This document shows, piece after piece, positions 9,027-19,138 of a stretch of DNA of 64,000 bases. The notes beneath the pieces were generated by a model. It was not told the DNA's origin. It ran no database searches and saw only the letters and a list, made by a program, of their open reading frames with translations. The position numbers and the translations under genes were made by a program. Positions within the stretch are counted from its first letter, which is position 1. Each line of letters begins with the position of its first letter. The stretch lies in NCBI GenBank assembly GCA_965203905.1, contig CBDBDQ010000005.1:5440001-5504000 (forward strand). The letters are read 5' to 3'. The stretch comes from Spirochaetia bacterium (GTDB lineage: Bacteria; Spirochaetota; Spirochaetia; SZUA-6; Bin103).

Positions 9027-10200
9027 TTCCGGCACGTGCTCGTAGATGCTCCGCATCTGCCAGCAGTCGAGAGACAGGACCACGGATTCCTGGCCTCGAG
9101 AGGTGAGCGACACCCCGGTGCTGTCGCGGCGGCCCGGGTACACTCTGACCGCGACGCACTGTCTCCCGTTCACGAACACCTCGACCACGCTGCGGTCGAC
9201 GAAGATGCGCAGCTGCACCGGTGCGCCCGGCTCGATGAGCACCGGCGCCGACTCGGGCGGCCGCGCCAGCGCGTCGGGGAGCGTCGAGGAAAACGAGTTG
9301 TCGACGGTGATCACGCTCTCGTAGCGCGCCGCCGTCGACAGGGCGGTGGACAGCACCAGGTTGGAACGAACGTCGTCCGGAAACGGCTCCCGGTATTTCA
9401 TCCCCCTCCGGTGGTAGAGACAGATGCGCGTGTACTCCTCCCGGTCGGGTGAGCGCAGCACGTCGACTTCGAACAGCGACGAGTGCCGCGGATCGACCTC
9501 GATGTTCAGCTCGATGGCGTCGCCCTCGATGCCGTCGAGCACCATCTCCCGATCCGGGGCGACCACGGTACAACCGATGTGGCGGTGGTCGTAGCGCAGC
9601 GCTTTGATGTCGCCGGCCGGCTCGATGTCGACCTCGTAGCGGTCGCGGAGGCTCAGACGCCGCGGCAGGGTCAGAATCTGGTCCCAGTCGCGGGCGAACT
9701 GCGAGCCGTCTCCCTGCTCGTGCCAGCCCTCGCGGCCGCCGAAGAATTCGGCGAGGTAGTTGTCCATCCGCCGGGTGGGCCTGGCGGGATTCATGTTGAG
9801 CATGACGATGACGCCGCCCTCGCCATCGGGGTAGGCCGTGGGCGCGTGCACGCCACCCGGAAACACCGGTCCGAAGGTGAGCAGGCCGTGGGCGTCTACG
9901 ACGAGCTTGTCGCGCTCGGTGTCGTAGTCGCCGACGAGGTACTGGCCACCGCTCAGGTGACTGAAGAACACCAGGATGTGGCGGAGCGAGCCGTCGCCTG
10001 CATTACCGATGGGCCAGAAGTAGGGGCAGGCACCGTCGTCGCCCAGCCGAGTGAACCGATCGCCCTCCACGAAGGGGTGCAGGTACTCCCAGTGCTCGAG
10101 GTCGTCCGAGCGGAACAGGAAGTTGGTGGCGAAGTGGTGGCCCTTGGGGCGGAACGGGACGATCCCCTGCGAGAGGGCGTAGTACGCGCCGTCTTTCTGC
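9024..10200 (-). pseudogene. 5'-truncated GH32-family glycoside hydrolase (end of the beta-propeller plus C-terminal beta-sandwich)
   Basis: SDDLEHWEYLHPF, ACPYFWPIG, TLPRRL, LRIFVDRSVVEVFVNG are present. Homology starts abruptly at QKDGAYY; the NDPN and xDP catalytic motifs are absent, and the in-frame upstream sequence overlaps the TA promoter region and does not look like protein. Confidence 0.75.
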
Positions 10201-10295
10201 CCTAGTATCCCATGCCGCCCGACGTGCGGACAAAGGCAGCCGCCACATTCGCGTATCCACTTCCTACCGCAGTGGTGGGTGGCGGAGGGCTGCGA

Positions 10296-10335
10296 TAGAC
10301 AGCTACGGTGAATGTGTGTAGGTTCGGTGTGTAAT
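10296..10335 (+). promoter_or_regulatory. Putative TA promoter/operator
   Basis: TAGACA-N17-TAGGTT overlapping a GTGTGTA direct repeat, followed by GGAGG. Confidence 0.4.
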
Positions 10336-10349
10336 TCGGAGGCGACTTG

Positions 10350-10589
10350 ATGGTGCGCACACAAATAATTCTCAGGGAACAGCAGCGGCGGGCCATCGAT
10401 CTACTGGCGAAGGAGCGCGCCTGCAGTATCTCGGCCGTCGTACGTGACATGATTGACTCCCAGCTTCGTGCAATGCGCGGAGAGCAACTCAGGAAGGCGG
10501 CAGAAAGACTACGTTTCGATTACCTGCACGATCCCGAGCTCACCGCGTTCTCCGTGATCGATGCTGAGACATTCGATGAAGCGAGGTGA
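10350..10589 (+). CDS. Antitoxin with RHH/CopG-like N-terminus
   Basis: MVRTQIIL...SISAVVRDMID; acidic C-terminus (DPELTAF); overlaps the downstream toxin; GGAGG RBS. Confidence 0.8.
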   Translation: MVRTQIILREQQRRAIDLLAKERACSISAVVRDMIDSQLRAMRGEQLRKAAERLRFDYLHDPELTAFSVIDAETFDEAR

Positions 10590-10914
10590 GATCTGGCGCA
10601 TCAATCTGGATCCCACCGTCGGAGCTGAGATTCGCAAGACGAGGCCCGCGTTGCTTGTGAGCGCCGATGAAGCCGGCGCATTGCCGCTTCGCGTGATCGT
10701 TCCGATCACCGGCTGGAAGAAGCATTATGCCGAGGCGGCGTGGCTCGTTCGACTTGATCCGACTGACACCAACGGGCTCCAGAGACCCTCAGCCGCGGAT
10801 GCCTTCCAGCTCAAGAGCGTATCTGTGGAACGGTTCGTCGAACGGGTGGGTAAGGTCTCTTTCGCCCAGATGGGACACGTTGAAGGAGCCGTACGGCTGG
10901 TGCTCGGGCTCTGA
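10576..10914 (+). CDS. mazF: PemK/MazF-family mRNA interferase toxin
   Basis: MKRGEIWRINLDPTVGAEIRKTRPALLVS, VPIT, NGL..PS. Confidence 0.92.
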   Translation: MKRGEIWRINLDPTVGAEIRKTRPALLVSADEAGALPLRVIVPITGWKKHYAEAAWLVRLDPTDTNGLQRPSAADAFQLKSVSVERFVERVGKVSFAQMGHVEGAVRLVLGL

Positions 10915-10989
10915 GGCCGACAGATATGGCGCCGCCCGAGACCCGCCAAGGGGTCCGCCGCCCTCCCTACGGCTGACCCGGCCCGGTGC

Positions 10990-11094
10990 GTTGCATTTCG
11001 CAACGCCCGTGGCAAACTGCGACTGGATTCCAGAATCCGTTGCAAGCCAATCACTTACGTCCGGACCCATGGTTCGGCTGTTGCACTCTGCGGC
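10990..11094 (+). promoter_or_regulatory. Putative enhancer (UAS) palindromes for a sigma54 activator
   Basis: GTTGCATTTCGCAAC (10990), GTGGCAAACTGCGAC (11009) and GTTGCA (11080), all conserved upstream of the paralog at 24872-24974. Confidence 0.6.
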
Positions 11095-11194
11095 AGTCGA
11101 GACATCGTGGCCAACCCGCGCGGGGTTCCGCCCCGATCCAATAACTGTTCAGCTCAAAGATAATTACGCTATGCCGGAGCAGCCCCGTGGAGCC

Positions 11195-11210
11195 TGGCAC
11201 GGTTGTTGCT
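11195..11210 (+). promoter_or_regulatory. sigma54 -24/-12 promoter
   Basis: TGGCACGGTTGTTGCT matches TGGCACG-N4-TTGCW exactly. Confidence 0.8.
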
Positions 11211-11244
11211 GAGAATGGGGAGTAACGCTGGGGAGGGAAACTCG

Positions 11245-12870
11245 ATGATCACGATCGTGGGCGGCCTTGCAGGCGGCTTCGGACTGTTCTTCATGGGCAT
11301 GAGGCTTCTTTCGGAGCACCTCATGCTGTTGAGCAATCGGCGCCTGCGGATGAGCGCCGCCCGCTGGACCCGAAATCGTTGGACCGGGCTCGGGTGGGGC
11401 ACGATTGCCGGCGCCGCCACGCAGACCATGCCCGCGCTGACGTTCATCCTGGTAGGCATGTTGAGGTCGGGACTCCTGTCCGTACGCCGGGCGCTCCCCA
11501 TTCTCCTCGGCGGAAACCTCGGAGTCACGCTGCTGCTGCTGGTGGTGATGCTCGACATCAAGCTGGCGGTGCTGTACGTGCTGGGGGTTTCGCAGGTCAT
11601 GGCCATGATCGCATCGCATCGGGCGATCAGGTATCGGACCATGGCCGCGGCACTGTTCGGCATGGGCATGATGATTCTCGGCTTTCTCCTGCTCAAGGAG
11701 TCGGTCGCGCCGCTGGCAGACTATCCCTGGTTCACGGACACCGTGGAGTGGGCGGGCGGCTCGCTGTTCCTGTGCCTGGCCGCCGGCCTGGTCCTGTGCG
11801 TCATCGTGCAGTCGTGCAGCGTGGTCACGATTTCCGGGATGAGCATGGCCATCGTCGGCATCTTCGATGTCGAGCAGGTCATGATGCTCCACTTCGGTGC
11901 CTGCTTCGGGTCGAGCCTGGTCCTGTTCCTGATGTCGGCAAACCTTACCGGCCGATCCCGTCAGGTGGCCATGTACCAGGTGCTGTACAACTGCCTCTAC
12001 AGCGCCATGTTCATACCGCTGGTCTATCTGGAAGGGCGTTTCGACGTGGCACTGGTCGGCGCCGCGACCGGCGTCATCGATCTCCCCCTGGAGCAGCTCC
12101 TCGGGGCATTCTTCATCGTTGCTACCCTCATCAGCAGTCTGCTGCTGATGACGTTGCTGGGGCCGGCCGCGCGGCTGCTCGACAAACTGTGGCCGACCAC
12201 GGAAGCGGAACGGCTGTCGACACCGTGGTTCGTCCACGACGGCCACCTGCAGGACGCCGCCAGCTCGTTGCGGCTCGCCGACCGCGAACAGCGGCGTCTG
12301 CTGGAGATATTGTCACGCTGTCTCGACAGCGTCCGGCAGGGCACCGAGATGGGTTCGTTGCGCGAGGCGGCGGGGACGGTGCTGACCCGTATCGAGGAGT
12401 TCCTGGACGATCTGGGACAACATTACCCGGATCAGCGTGTCGATGACCACGTTTCGATGCTGACCCGCCAGCGGCTGCTGTTCTGGCTCGATGAACGGGT
12501 GCTGGAGCTATGCGACGAGTTGCATTCCATGCCCGGGCACGCGGAGCTGGAGGATTGGCGCTCTGGCTTGGTGGAGGGCATCGACGCCGTGCTGCTGGTG
12601 CTGCAGGACATGCTGAGTTCGAGCGACGAAGCCTCCTGGCCGCTTGCCATGCAGTTGATGGAAGGTCGCGGCGAGCTGATGCGCAAGATGCGCAGCACCT
12701 ACCTGGGAGACGAATCCATCCTGAGCAGTGCACAGCGCTCCAGTGTGCTGCGAGTCACCAGCATTACCGAGCACATCTTCCTGCTTCTGTCGCGACTGGC
12801 GCACGAGTATCATCCCTCGACCGACGATGCCGCCTTGCAGAGCAGCGAAAGCGAATTGCAGGTGGTGTAG
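11245..12870 (+). CDS. Na+/Pi cotransporter family protein with PhoU-like helical C-terminal domain (copy 1)
   Basis: GGLAGGFGLFFMGM N-terminus, GGNLG and VQSCS (degenerate QSSS) repeats, GACFG, soluble helical C-terminus. Confidence 0.8.
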   Translation: MITIVGGLAGGFGLFFMGMRLLSEHLMLLSNRRLRMSAARWTRNRWTGLGWGTIAGAATQTMPALTFILVGMLRSGLLSVRRALPILLGGNLGVTLLLLVVMLDIKLAVLYVLGVSQVMAMIASHRAIRYRTMAAALFGMGMMILGFLLLKESVAPLADYPWFTDTVEWAGGSLFLCLAAGLVLCVIVQSCSVVTISGMSMAIVGIFDVEQVMMLHFGACFGSSLVLFLMSANLTGRSRQVAMYQVLYNCLYSAMFIPLVYLEGRFDVALVGAATGVIDLPLEQLLGAFFIVATLISSLLLMTLLGPAARLLDKLWPTTEAERLSTPWFVHDGHLQDAASSLRLADREQRRLLEILSRCLDSVRQGTEMGSLREAAGTVLTRIEEFLDDLGQHYPDQRVDDHVSMLTRQRLLFWLDERVLELCDELHSMPGHAELEDWRSGLVEGIDAVLLVLQDMLSSSDEASWPLAMQLMEGRGELMRKMRSTYLGDESILSSAQRSSVLRVTSITEHIFLLLSRLAHEYHPSTDDAALQSSESELQVV

Positions 12871-12901
12871 CACTACTCGAACCGCGTGCGCTGCGTCGGC
12901 T

Positions 12902-13939
12902 TCAGGCCAGCTCGATCCTGCTGCCCTCCGAACGCAGCGCCGCCTCGTAGACCCGCATCAGCTTGAGCGTGAATTCCAGCGAGCCCTGTTGCGCCGGCCG
13001 GGCCGCCAGGACGCAATCGCAGAAGTAGCGCATCTCGTTGTAGAAGCCCTGGGTGAACAGGGCCTTGTTCTCCAGGGTGGCCAGGGTATTCTGCGGCTCC
13101 CACACCACCGCCCCGGAGTCCAGGCCCTCGGGAACGAAGCTGGTGGTGCGGCCGTAGGCGAACGGAATGCCGCGCCGCACCGTGACCCGGGAGCCGTTCT
13201 CGATGCTGACGTGCCACTTTCCCCAGAACGAGTAGCGCTCCAGCGGCAGCGTCGATGCCGACACCAGGCTGAAGGTGCCTACCGCACCGCTGGCGAACTC
13301 CAGCACGCAGGCACCTACCCTTGACGCCGTGCCGTGCATCGTCACCGCCGCGACGTCGCCGCCCACCGCCAGCATCAGGGCCATGGGGTGACAGGCATCC
13401 CCGAACGTGTTGCGCAGCCCCGGATCGTCCAGCACCGCCGCGCCGTGCTCGGGCAGCCGCAGCCGGTACTCCGCCGTCATGCCTTGCAGCGGACCACCCT
13501 CGTCGCTGGACATGATCTCGATCACCTTGCGCGTGGCCGGCAGGAACGCCTTCTTCAGTCCCACCACCACCACGCGTTCACCGCGATGCCGGAGCATGAT
13601 CTCCACCTCGGAGGCGTTGACCGCGGCCGGCTTCTCCATCCAGACGTGCAGGCCGGCGTCGAGCGCCTCGCAGGCGAGCTCGGGATGCCGCCGCGCCGAG
13701 ACGCACAGGAAAACAGCGTCCAGCTCCTCGTTGCGATACATCTCGGCGCTGCTGGCGTAGCAGGCTTGCACGCCGTACTCGGCGCCGGTCCGCCGCGCCA
13801 GTTCCAGGTCCAGGTCGCACAGCGCCGTGAGCCGCACCGGCAGGAAGTGCAGCGTGGGCAGAATGTTGCGGTAGCTGTGCGAGCCCACCCCTACCACGGC
13901 GACGTTCAACCGCCGCTCGAACTCACGCTGATAGCTCAT
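12902..13939 (-). CDS. Gfo/Idh/MocA-family oxidoreductase
   Basis: [18 protein letters not shown]; start set at MSYQREF. Confidence 0.88.
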   Translation of the reverse strand: MSYQREFERRLNVAVVGVGSHSYRNILPTLHFLPVRLTALCDLDLELARRTGAEYGVQACYASSAEMYRNEELDAVFLCVSARRHPELACEALDAGLHVWMEKPAAVNASEVEIMLRHRGERVVVVGLKKAFLPATRKVIEIMSSDEGGPLQGMTAEYRLRLPEHGAAVLDDPGLRNTFGDACHPMALMLAVGGDVAAVTMHGTASRVGACVLEFASGAVGTFSLVSASTLPLERYSFWGKWHVSIENGSRVTVRRGIPFAYGRTTSFVPEGLDSGAVVWEPQNTLATLENKALFTQGFYNEMRYFCDCVLAARPAQQGSLEFTLKLMRVYEAALRSEGSRIELA

Positions 13940-14125
13940 CGGTACCCCCGCCGATCTCGCGGCGCATGCAGGTTGGTACCCTGGATCGCACGCCGCACGC
14001 AACCAAGTCGCGGGGATTGGCCGGCGCCATGGCGGACTGAGACGATTGGGATCGATTGGGAAGCGCATCGTTGGCGGGGGAGGGGACGGTGAGTCATAAT
14101 GCGCATCCGCAGAAAAGGAGACGTG

Positions 14126-15151
14126 ATGAGGTCGGTGATCTGTGTGCACGAGCGCTTCGAGCGGATGTGGCCGTTTGCGGCCGACTACTGGCATCGGCGC
14201 TGGCAGGAGAACGGCGGCTGCGAGCTGTTTCGCACCGAGGTGGCGGGGGCACGGGCGCCCCATCTGGTGCCGGATCCCGGCTCGGTGCAGCGGCTGGCGC
14301 TGCTCGGCTTTCCGGGCGACCCGGAGGACCTGGAGCCGTTCGCAGGGCTGGAGGAGTGCTACTTCGACCGCACCTTCCGGCCTTCGGAGAAGGGACTCGA
14401 GGCGGCGGCGGAGCGCGGCGTGCGCTTCATTCGGCACCGCCGGGACATCTACTGGGGCCAGTCTGTCGCCGAGTGCGGGCTGGGCCTGACGATCTGCGCG
14501 CTACGCCGGATACCGCAGCGCTACACGGCCATGATGCAGGGGCATGACACCTGGCGCTACATACCGGAGGTCGGCAGGCCGGGGCAGCCGGGCGGGCAGA
14601 TGTGCGACGACACCAGGTTCAGCAACGGTACCATCGGGGGCAAGCGGGTGCGGGTGGCGGGCCTGGGCAACATCGGCGGCCGCTACGCATCGTGGTGCGC
14701 GGCCATGGGGGCCGAGGTTGCGGCCTGGGACCCGTTCGCGGCACAGGCCGCATTCACGCTGGCCAAGGTGGAGCGCCGCTACGAGCTGCACGACCTGGTG
14801 CGCGACGCGCAGATCTTCGCGCCCATGCTGCCGCCCACCGAGGAGACCTTTCACATCATCACCGCCGAGCTGATCGACGCCCTGCCGCGCGGCTGCCTGG
14901 TGGTGCAGGTGACCCGCGCCTTCATCTGCGATCAGGACGCCCTCTACCGGCGCGTGCTGAACGACGAGCTGGCCCTCGCCGCCGACGTATTCGCCACCGG
15001 GCCGGCGCGCCGCGGCGGCGAGCCGGTGCCGCTGGATTCGCCGCTGCTGGGACGCCACAACGTGGTGCACACGCCGCACATCGCGGGCCGTACGGTGGAT
15101 GCCAACCACGCCTGGGTCGAGGACCTGATCTCACGGTTCGAGGTACGATGA
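14126..15151 (+). CDS. D-isomer-specific 2-hydroxyacid dehydrogenase family protein
   Basis: SVAE, GLGNIG, AADVF, EP, HTPHIAG; AAGGAG RBS. Confidence 0.85.
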   Translation: MRSVICVHERFERMWPFAADYWHRRWQENGGCELFRTEVAGARAPHLVPDPGSVQRLALLGFPGDPEDLEPFAGLEECYFDRTFRPSEKGLEAAAERGVRFIRHRRDIYWGQSVAECGLGLTICALRRIPQRYTAMMQGHDTWRYIPEVGRPGQPGGQMCDDTRFSNGTIGGKRVRVAGLGNIGGRYASWCAAMGAEVAAWDPFAAQAAFTLAKVERRYELHDLVRDAQIFAPMLPPTEETFHIITAELIDALPRGCLVVQVTRAFICDQDALYRRVLNDELALAADVFATGPARRGGEPVPLDSPLLGRHNVVHTPHIAGRTVDANHAWVEDLISRFEVR

Positions 15152-16083
15152 TGGACGTGATGAACGCCCCGGAGATCACGAGGCTGCCCCACGAGGTGCT
15201 GTCCGGCGAGCGCCGGGTGCGCACCGGCGTGCTCGGCGACGCCGACCTGGAACGGTTCGCGGAGCAGGGGTACGTGGTGGTTCCCGACGCCGTGCCGGCG
15301 GAGAATCTGCGCGCCATGAGGGAGCTGATCTGGCGCTTCCTGGATGCTGACGAGGAAGATCCCGAGAGCTGGTACCGTATAGCACCGCGCGAGGCCAGCG
15401 GCGAGGAGTCCCCGATCTCGCTCGCCGGGATGGTGGAGGTCTACCAGCAGCCGGAGCTGTGGGACAATCGCCAGTATCCGCGGGTGTACCAGGCGTTTAC
15501 CGACATCTGGCAGACCGAGCGGCTCTGGGTCACGCTCGACCGCGCCAACATGAAGCCCCCGGTGCACGCCGCTCATCCCGAGTGGCAGCATGGCGGCTTC
15601 ATCCACTGGGACCTGGACACCAGCCAGGACCCGGTCCCGTTCGGGGTGCAAGGGGTGCTCTACCTCACCGATACCACGGCGGACCAAGGCGGCTTCCAGT
15701 GCGTGCCGGGCTTTCCGCGTCGCTTCGCGGAGTGGGTTCGCACTCAGCCGGCCGACCGCGACCCGCGCTTTCCCGACCTCACCGGGCTGGAGGTCGATTC
15801 GATCCCGGGCCGCGCGGGTGACCTGCTGATCTGGAACTCGCTGCTGCCGCACGGCAACGGTGAGAACACCTCGCAGCGCCCGCGCCTGGCGCAGTACATC
15901 TCCATGTATCCGGCGGCGCGCGGCAGCGAGCAGGAGCGCCGCGACCGCATCGCCGCGTTTCGCGAGCGCCGTTCGGTCAGCGGCTGGCCCGGCGACCCGC
16001 GCCGTTGGGAGCAACGCCACGGGCAGCACGCGGAGCTGAACGGCCTGGGGCGCAGGCTGCTGGGGCTGGACACCTGGAACTGA
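15148..16083 (+). CDS. Phytanoyl-CoA dioxygenase (PhyH)-family Fe(II)/2-oxoglutarate dioxygenase
   Basis: FAEQGYVVV, HWD, GGFQCVPG, GDLLIWNSLLPHG, PRLAQYI; ATGA overlap with the upstream gene. Confidence 0.88.
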   Translation: MMDVMNAPEITRLPHEVLSGERRVRTGVLGDADLERFAEQGYVVVPDAVPAENLRAMRELIWRFLDADEEDPESWYRIAPREASGEESPISLAGMVEVYQQPELWDNRQYPRVYQAFTDIWQTERLWVTLDRANMKPPVHAAHPEWQHGGFIHWDLDTSQDPVPFGVQGVLYLTDTTADQGGFQCVPGFPRRFAEWVRTQPADRDPRFPDLTGLEVDSIPGRAGDLLIWNSLLPHGNGENTSQRPRLAQYISMYPAARGSEQERRDRIAAFRERRSVSGWPGDPRRWEQRHGQHAELNGLGRRLLGLDTWN

Positions 16084-16181
16084 ACGCCCGGGACTGAACG
16101 CGGCCGCTACCAGCCCGTGGTGGAACCCGGCGTCGCACGGAGAGCGGCGCTCGAATGCAGCAGGAGCTTCGCCACGGGCTG

Positions 16182-17372
16182 CTAGAGCAGGGACCGGAAG
16201 CCGCGCTCGCGGCCGAACAGGACGCGGTTGGAGTCGTGGAAGTTGCGCGCTCCGCGGGCCGCGGTGCGCACCACGTAGATCAGGTCGTCGCCGTCGAACT
16301 GCCAGTCCACGTATTGGTAGCCGGTGAGCCGCACCGAGTCTTCCGGCTCCAGCCCGCTGTCGTCCTGCAGCAGCGTCTTCACCACGCGCCAGCGGTAGAG
16401 GTCGGCCGACGCGCACAGCGCCAGCACGTTGCGCTGGCGCAGATGCACGTTGATTCCCGGCTTCTGGTAAGTCTGCCAGCGGGCGAGCAGCCACTCCGGG
16501 TCCGGCACCACGTTGGACAGGGTGAGGTAGGCTCCCGATAGCGGATCGCGGCGCAGGGTGAACTTCGCCTTGCCCCCGGGAAACGGGATGAAGCCGCCGG
16601 GGCCCGCGGCACTGGAGGAGGGGTCGAAGCTCAGGTGCCGCCCCTCATCCTCGATCTTCACCATGGCGGCGGTGTCCTGAGCCAGGGGGCGGGCTTCGAA
16701 GGTCAGCACGTCCCACAACTGGCCGTCGGGACCGGCCACCACGTTGCCCTCGCGCCAGCCCGGAATGGTCACCGCACCCCACTCTGCCGGGGTCCACTGC
16801 GGCCGGAACGGCAGCTTGTTGCTCATCCGCCAACTGGCGGCGCGCAGCAGGTCGGCGTCCGTCGGCGCGGATACCACGCAGGCCTGGAAGCCGGTGCCCC
16901 ATTGCATCGGATCGCAGTCCTCGAAGGCCCGGTAGATGCGACCCTCGTGGACCAGCACCGCAACCGGAGCGCAGTGGTAGTTGGGCGCGGAGCGGTGCGC
17001 TCCGCCGGGAAACAGCAGTCCGCTGTCGGCGTCCTCCGGGTGGGTCCAGCGGAACCCGCCGTCGTCGCTGCGGCGGATCACGATCGACCCGTACTGCTGC
17101 GAGGTCCCGAACAGGTAGACCGCGTCGCCGTGCATGAACAGGCTGCTCCAGAACGCGTTCATGACGTGGGTGACGTTGCTCCAGCTCACGCCGTCGTCCT
17201 CCGACCGGTAGACGCTGGTGAGGCCCTGTTCCGCCTCGTGGTTGAGCGGGCAGCCGCGGCCGAAGTAGTCGTGGGTGGCCAACAGGGCGCCGTCGGGCAG
17301 GCGCACGATGCTGGGGCTGCCGAGGAACGTGACGCTGCGCTCCGGCTGGTACTTGATCTCGACGGGAATCAT
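16182..17372 (-). CDS. Sialidase-like (BNR/Asp-box) beta-propeller protein
   Basis: GSPSIVRLPDG, Asp boxes SEDDGVSW and SDDGGFRW, QYVDWQFDGDD, NFHD. Confidence 0.8.
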   Translation of the reverse strand: MIPVEIKYQPERSVTFLGSPSIVRLPDGALLATHDYFGRGCPLNHEAEQGLTSVYRSEDDGVSWSNVTHVMNAFWSSLFMHGDAVYLFGTSQQYGSIVIRRSDDGGFRWTHPEDADSGLLFPGGAHRSAPNYHCAPVAVLVHEGRIYRAFEDCDPMQWGTGFQACVVSAPTDADLLRAASWRMSNKLPFRPQWTPAEWGAVTIPGWREGNVVAGPDGQLWDVLTFEARPLAQDTAAMVKIEDEGRHLSFDPSSSAAGPGGFIPFPGGKAKFTLRRDPLSGAYLTLSNVVPDPEWLLARWQTYQKPGINVHLRQRNVLALCASADLYRWRVVKTLLQDDSGLEPEDSVRLTGYQYVDWQFDGDDLIYVVRTAARGARNFHDSNRVLFGRERGFRSLL

Positions 17373-17417
17373 GGTGCGTGCCATCATCGCACGGTGAACA
17401 GCGATGCACCACGGGAA

Positions 17418-19109
17418 ATGAGCGGCGGCGAGGCGCTGGTGAGCGCCCTGGCACGAGAGGGCGTGAGCCACGTGTTCGGAGTTCCGGGAGCGGGGCAGTA
17501 CGAGGCGGTGGACCCGTTCCACGGGCGCGACGATATCCACTACGTGTCGTGCCGCAGCGAGCAGCCGACCACCTATCTGGCCGACGGCTACGGGCGGGTG
17601 GCGGGGCGGCCGGCGGCGGTCATCGTGCTGTCCGGGGTAGGGCTGCGCAACGCGGCTCCGGGGCTGGAGACCGCCCACACCTCTTCCTCGCCGGTGCTGG
17701 TGATCAGCGACCACGACACCGAGGACGCGGTGCCACCGGCGCTGGCGGGCATCGTGAAGTGGGGGGCGCGGGCGCCGCGGCCTGCCGCGCTACCCGCCCT
17801 GGTGCGCCGGGCGCTGGCCGAAGCGCGTTCCGGACGTCCGCGGCCGGTCTACCTCGGCGTGAGCCACGCGGTGTTGGCCGCCCGTGAGCCGATGGCCTGG
17901 GCCGGGTCCGCCGCGGCCGGCGGAGGCCCAGCGCCCGGCGTCGCGGTCACAGGACACTCTGTCGCCCACCGCGCCGGAGCAGGGGAGGACCGGCCCGGCG
18001 CCGGCGAAACGCACTCCGGCGCCGCGGGCGTGACGCCGGAGGCCGTCCAGGCGAACCCTGCCGCGGATGCCATGGAGCGCGCCGCGGAGTTGCTGGCGGG
18101 GGCGGCGCGCCCGGCCATCGTCGCCGGCACCGGTGTCGCACGGGCGGGTGCCGCGGCGGCGCTGTGCGCCCTGGCCGAGCGCCTGCAGGCCCCGGTCGCC
18201 ACGTCGGTGGCGGCCAAGGGCGTGTTCTCGGACGGCCATCCGCTGTGCCTCGGCGCCGTGTATCCCCCGTACCGCCCGCTCACCGAGTACCTGCGTACCC
18301 GCGACGCGGTGCTCCTGGCCGGCACCGGCTGGCCGGCGGCGGCGCTGGCCGAGGGCCCGCGGCTGTGCACCGTGCGCATCGACGTGGAGCCGCGCAGTGA
18401 CGCCGAAGTGACGGTCCAGGCGGATGTCGGCTGGGCGCTGGAGCAGCTCGCGGCGCGCTTGGACGGTGCCACCGCAGCCGGCCCGACCGCCGCGCCAGAT
18501 TCACCCGCTGCCCGCGGCGTAATGGCGGAGGTGGCGCGGCTGCGCGCGCAGCGGGCAGCGCCGGACGAGCAGCTGCAGCCGCAGCGCTCCCTGACCGAGG
18601 CGCTGCGCGCCGCGCTCCCCGAGGACGGCATCCTGGTGCACGACATGACCCAGCTCGGATACTACAGCCGCAGCTACTTCCCGGTGTACCGGCCCGACAG
18701 CTACCAGATTCCACGCGGTAACCTGGGCGCGGCACTGCCGATGGCGCTCGGCGCCAAGCTGGCGTGCCCGCGGCGCGCGGTGGTGGCGCTGTGCGGCGAC
18801 GGCGGGTTGCTGTACCACGTGCAGGAGCTGGCCACCGCCGTGCAGTATGGCATCGCCGTCGTGGTGGTGGTATGCAACGACAACGCGTACGGCAACGTGC
18901 TGCGCGCGCAGCAGGAAGAATTCGGCGGCCGGGTGGTCGGCACCCGGCTACGCAATCCCGACTTTCCCGCCCTGGCCGCGGCGTTCGGCGTCAGCGGGAC
19001 GCGCGCACCGGACGCGGACACCCTACGCCGCACCCTGGCGGCGGCCCTGGAGGCGGACGCCCCGGCGCTGATCGAGGTGCCGCTCGGGCCACTGCAGCGG
19101 CGCTACTGA
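17418..19109 (+). CDS. Thiamine-diphosphate-dependent enzyme (acetolactate synthase-like family)
   Basis: GGEALV...VFGVPG, RSEQ..YLADGY, SGRPRPV, GDGG..24..NDN ThDP motif, NPDF. Confidence 0.88.
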   Translation: MSGGEALVSALAREGVSHVFGVPGAGQYEAVDPFHGRDDIHYVSCRSEQPTTYLADGYGRVAGRPAAVIVLSGVGLRNAAPGLETAHTSSSPVLVISDHDTEDAVPPALAGIVKWGARAPRPAALPALVRRALAEARSGRPRPVYLGVSHAVLAAREPMAWAGSAAAGGGPAPGVAVTGHSVAHRAGAGEDRPGAGETHSGAAGVTPEAVQANPAADAMERAAELLAGAARPAIVAGTGVARAGAAAALCALAERLQAPVATSVAAKGVFSDGHPLCLGAVYPPYRPLTEYLRTRDAVLLAGTGWPAAALAEGPRLCTVRIDVEPRSDAEVTVQADVGWALEQLAARLDGATAAGPTAAPDSPAARGVMAEVARLRAQRAAPDEQLQPQRSLTEALRAALPEDGILVHDMTQLGYYSRSYFPVYRPDSYQIPRGNLGAALPMALGAKLACPRRAVVALCGDGGLLYHVQELATAVQYGIAVVVVVCNDNAYGNVLRAQQEEFGGRVVGTRLRNPDFPALAAAFGVSGTRAPDADTLRRTLAAALEADAPALIEVPLGPLQRRY

Positions 19110-19138
19110 GCGCCGTCGGGAGCAACAGCGAGCGCCGA

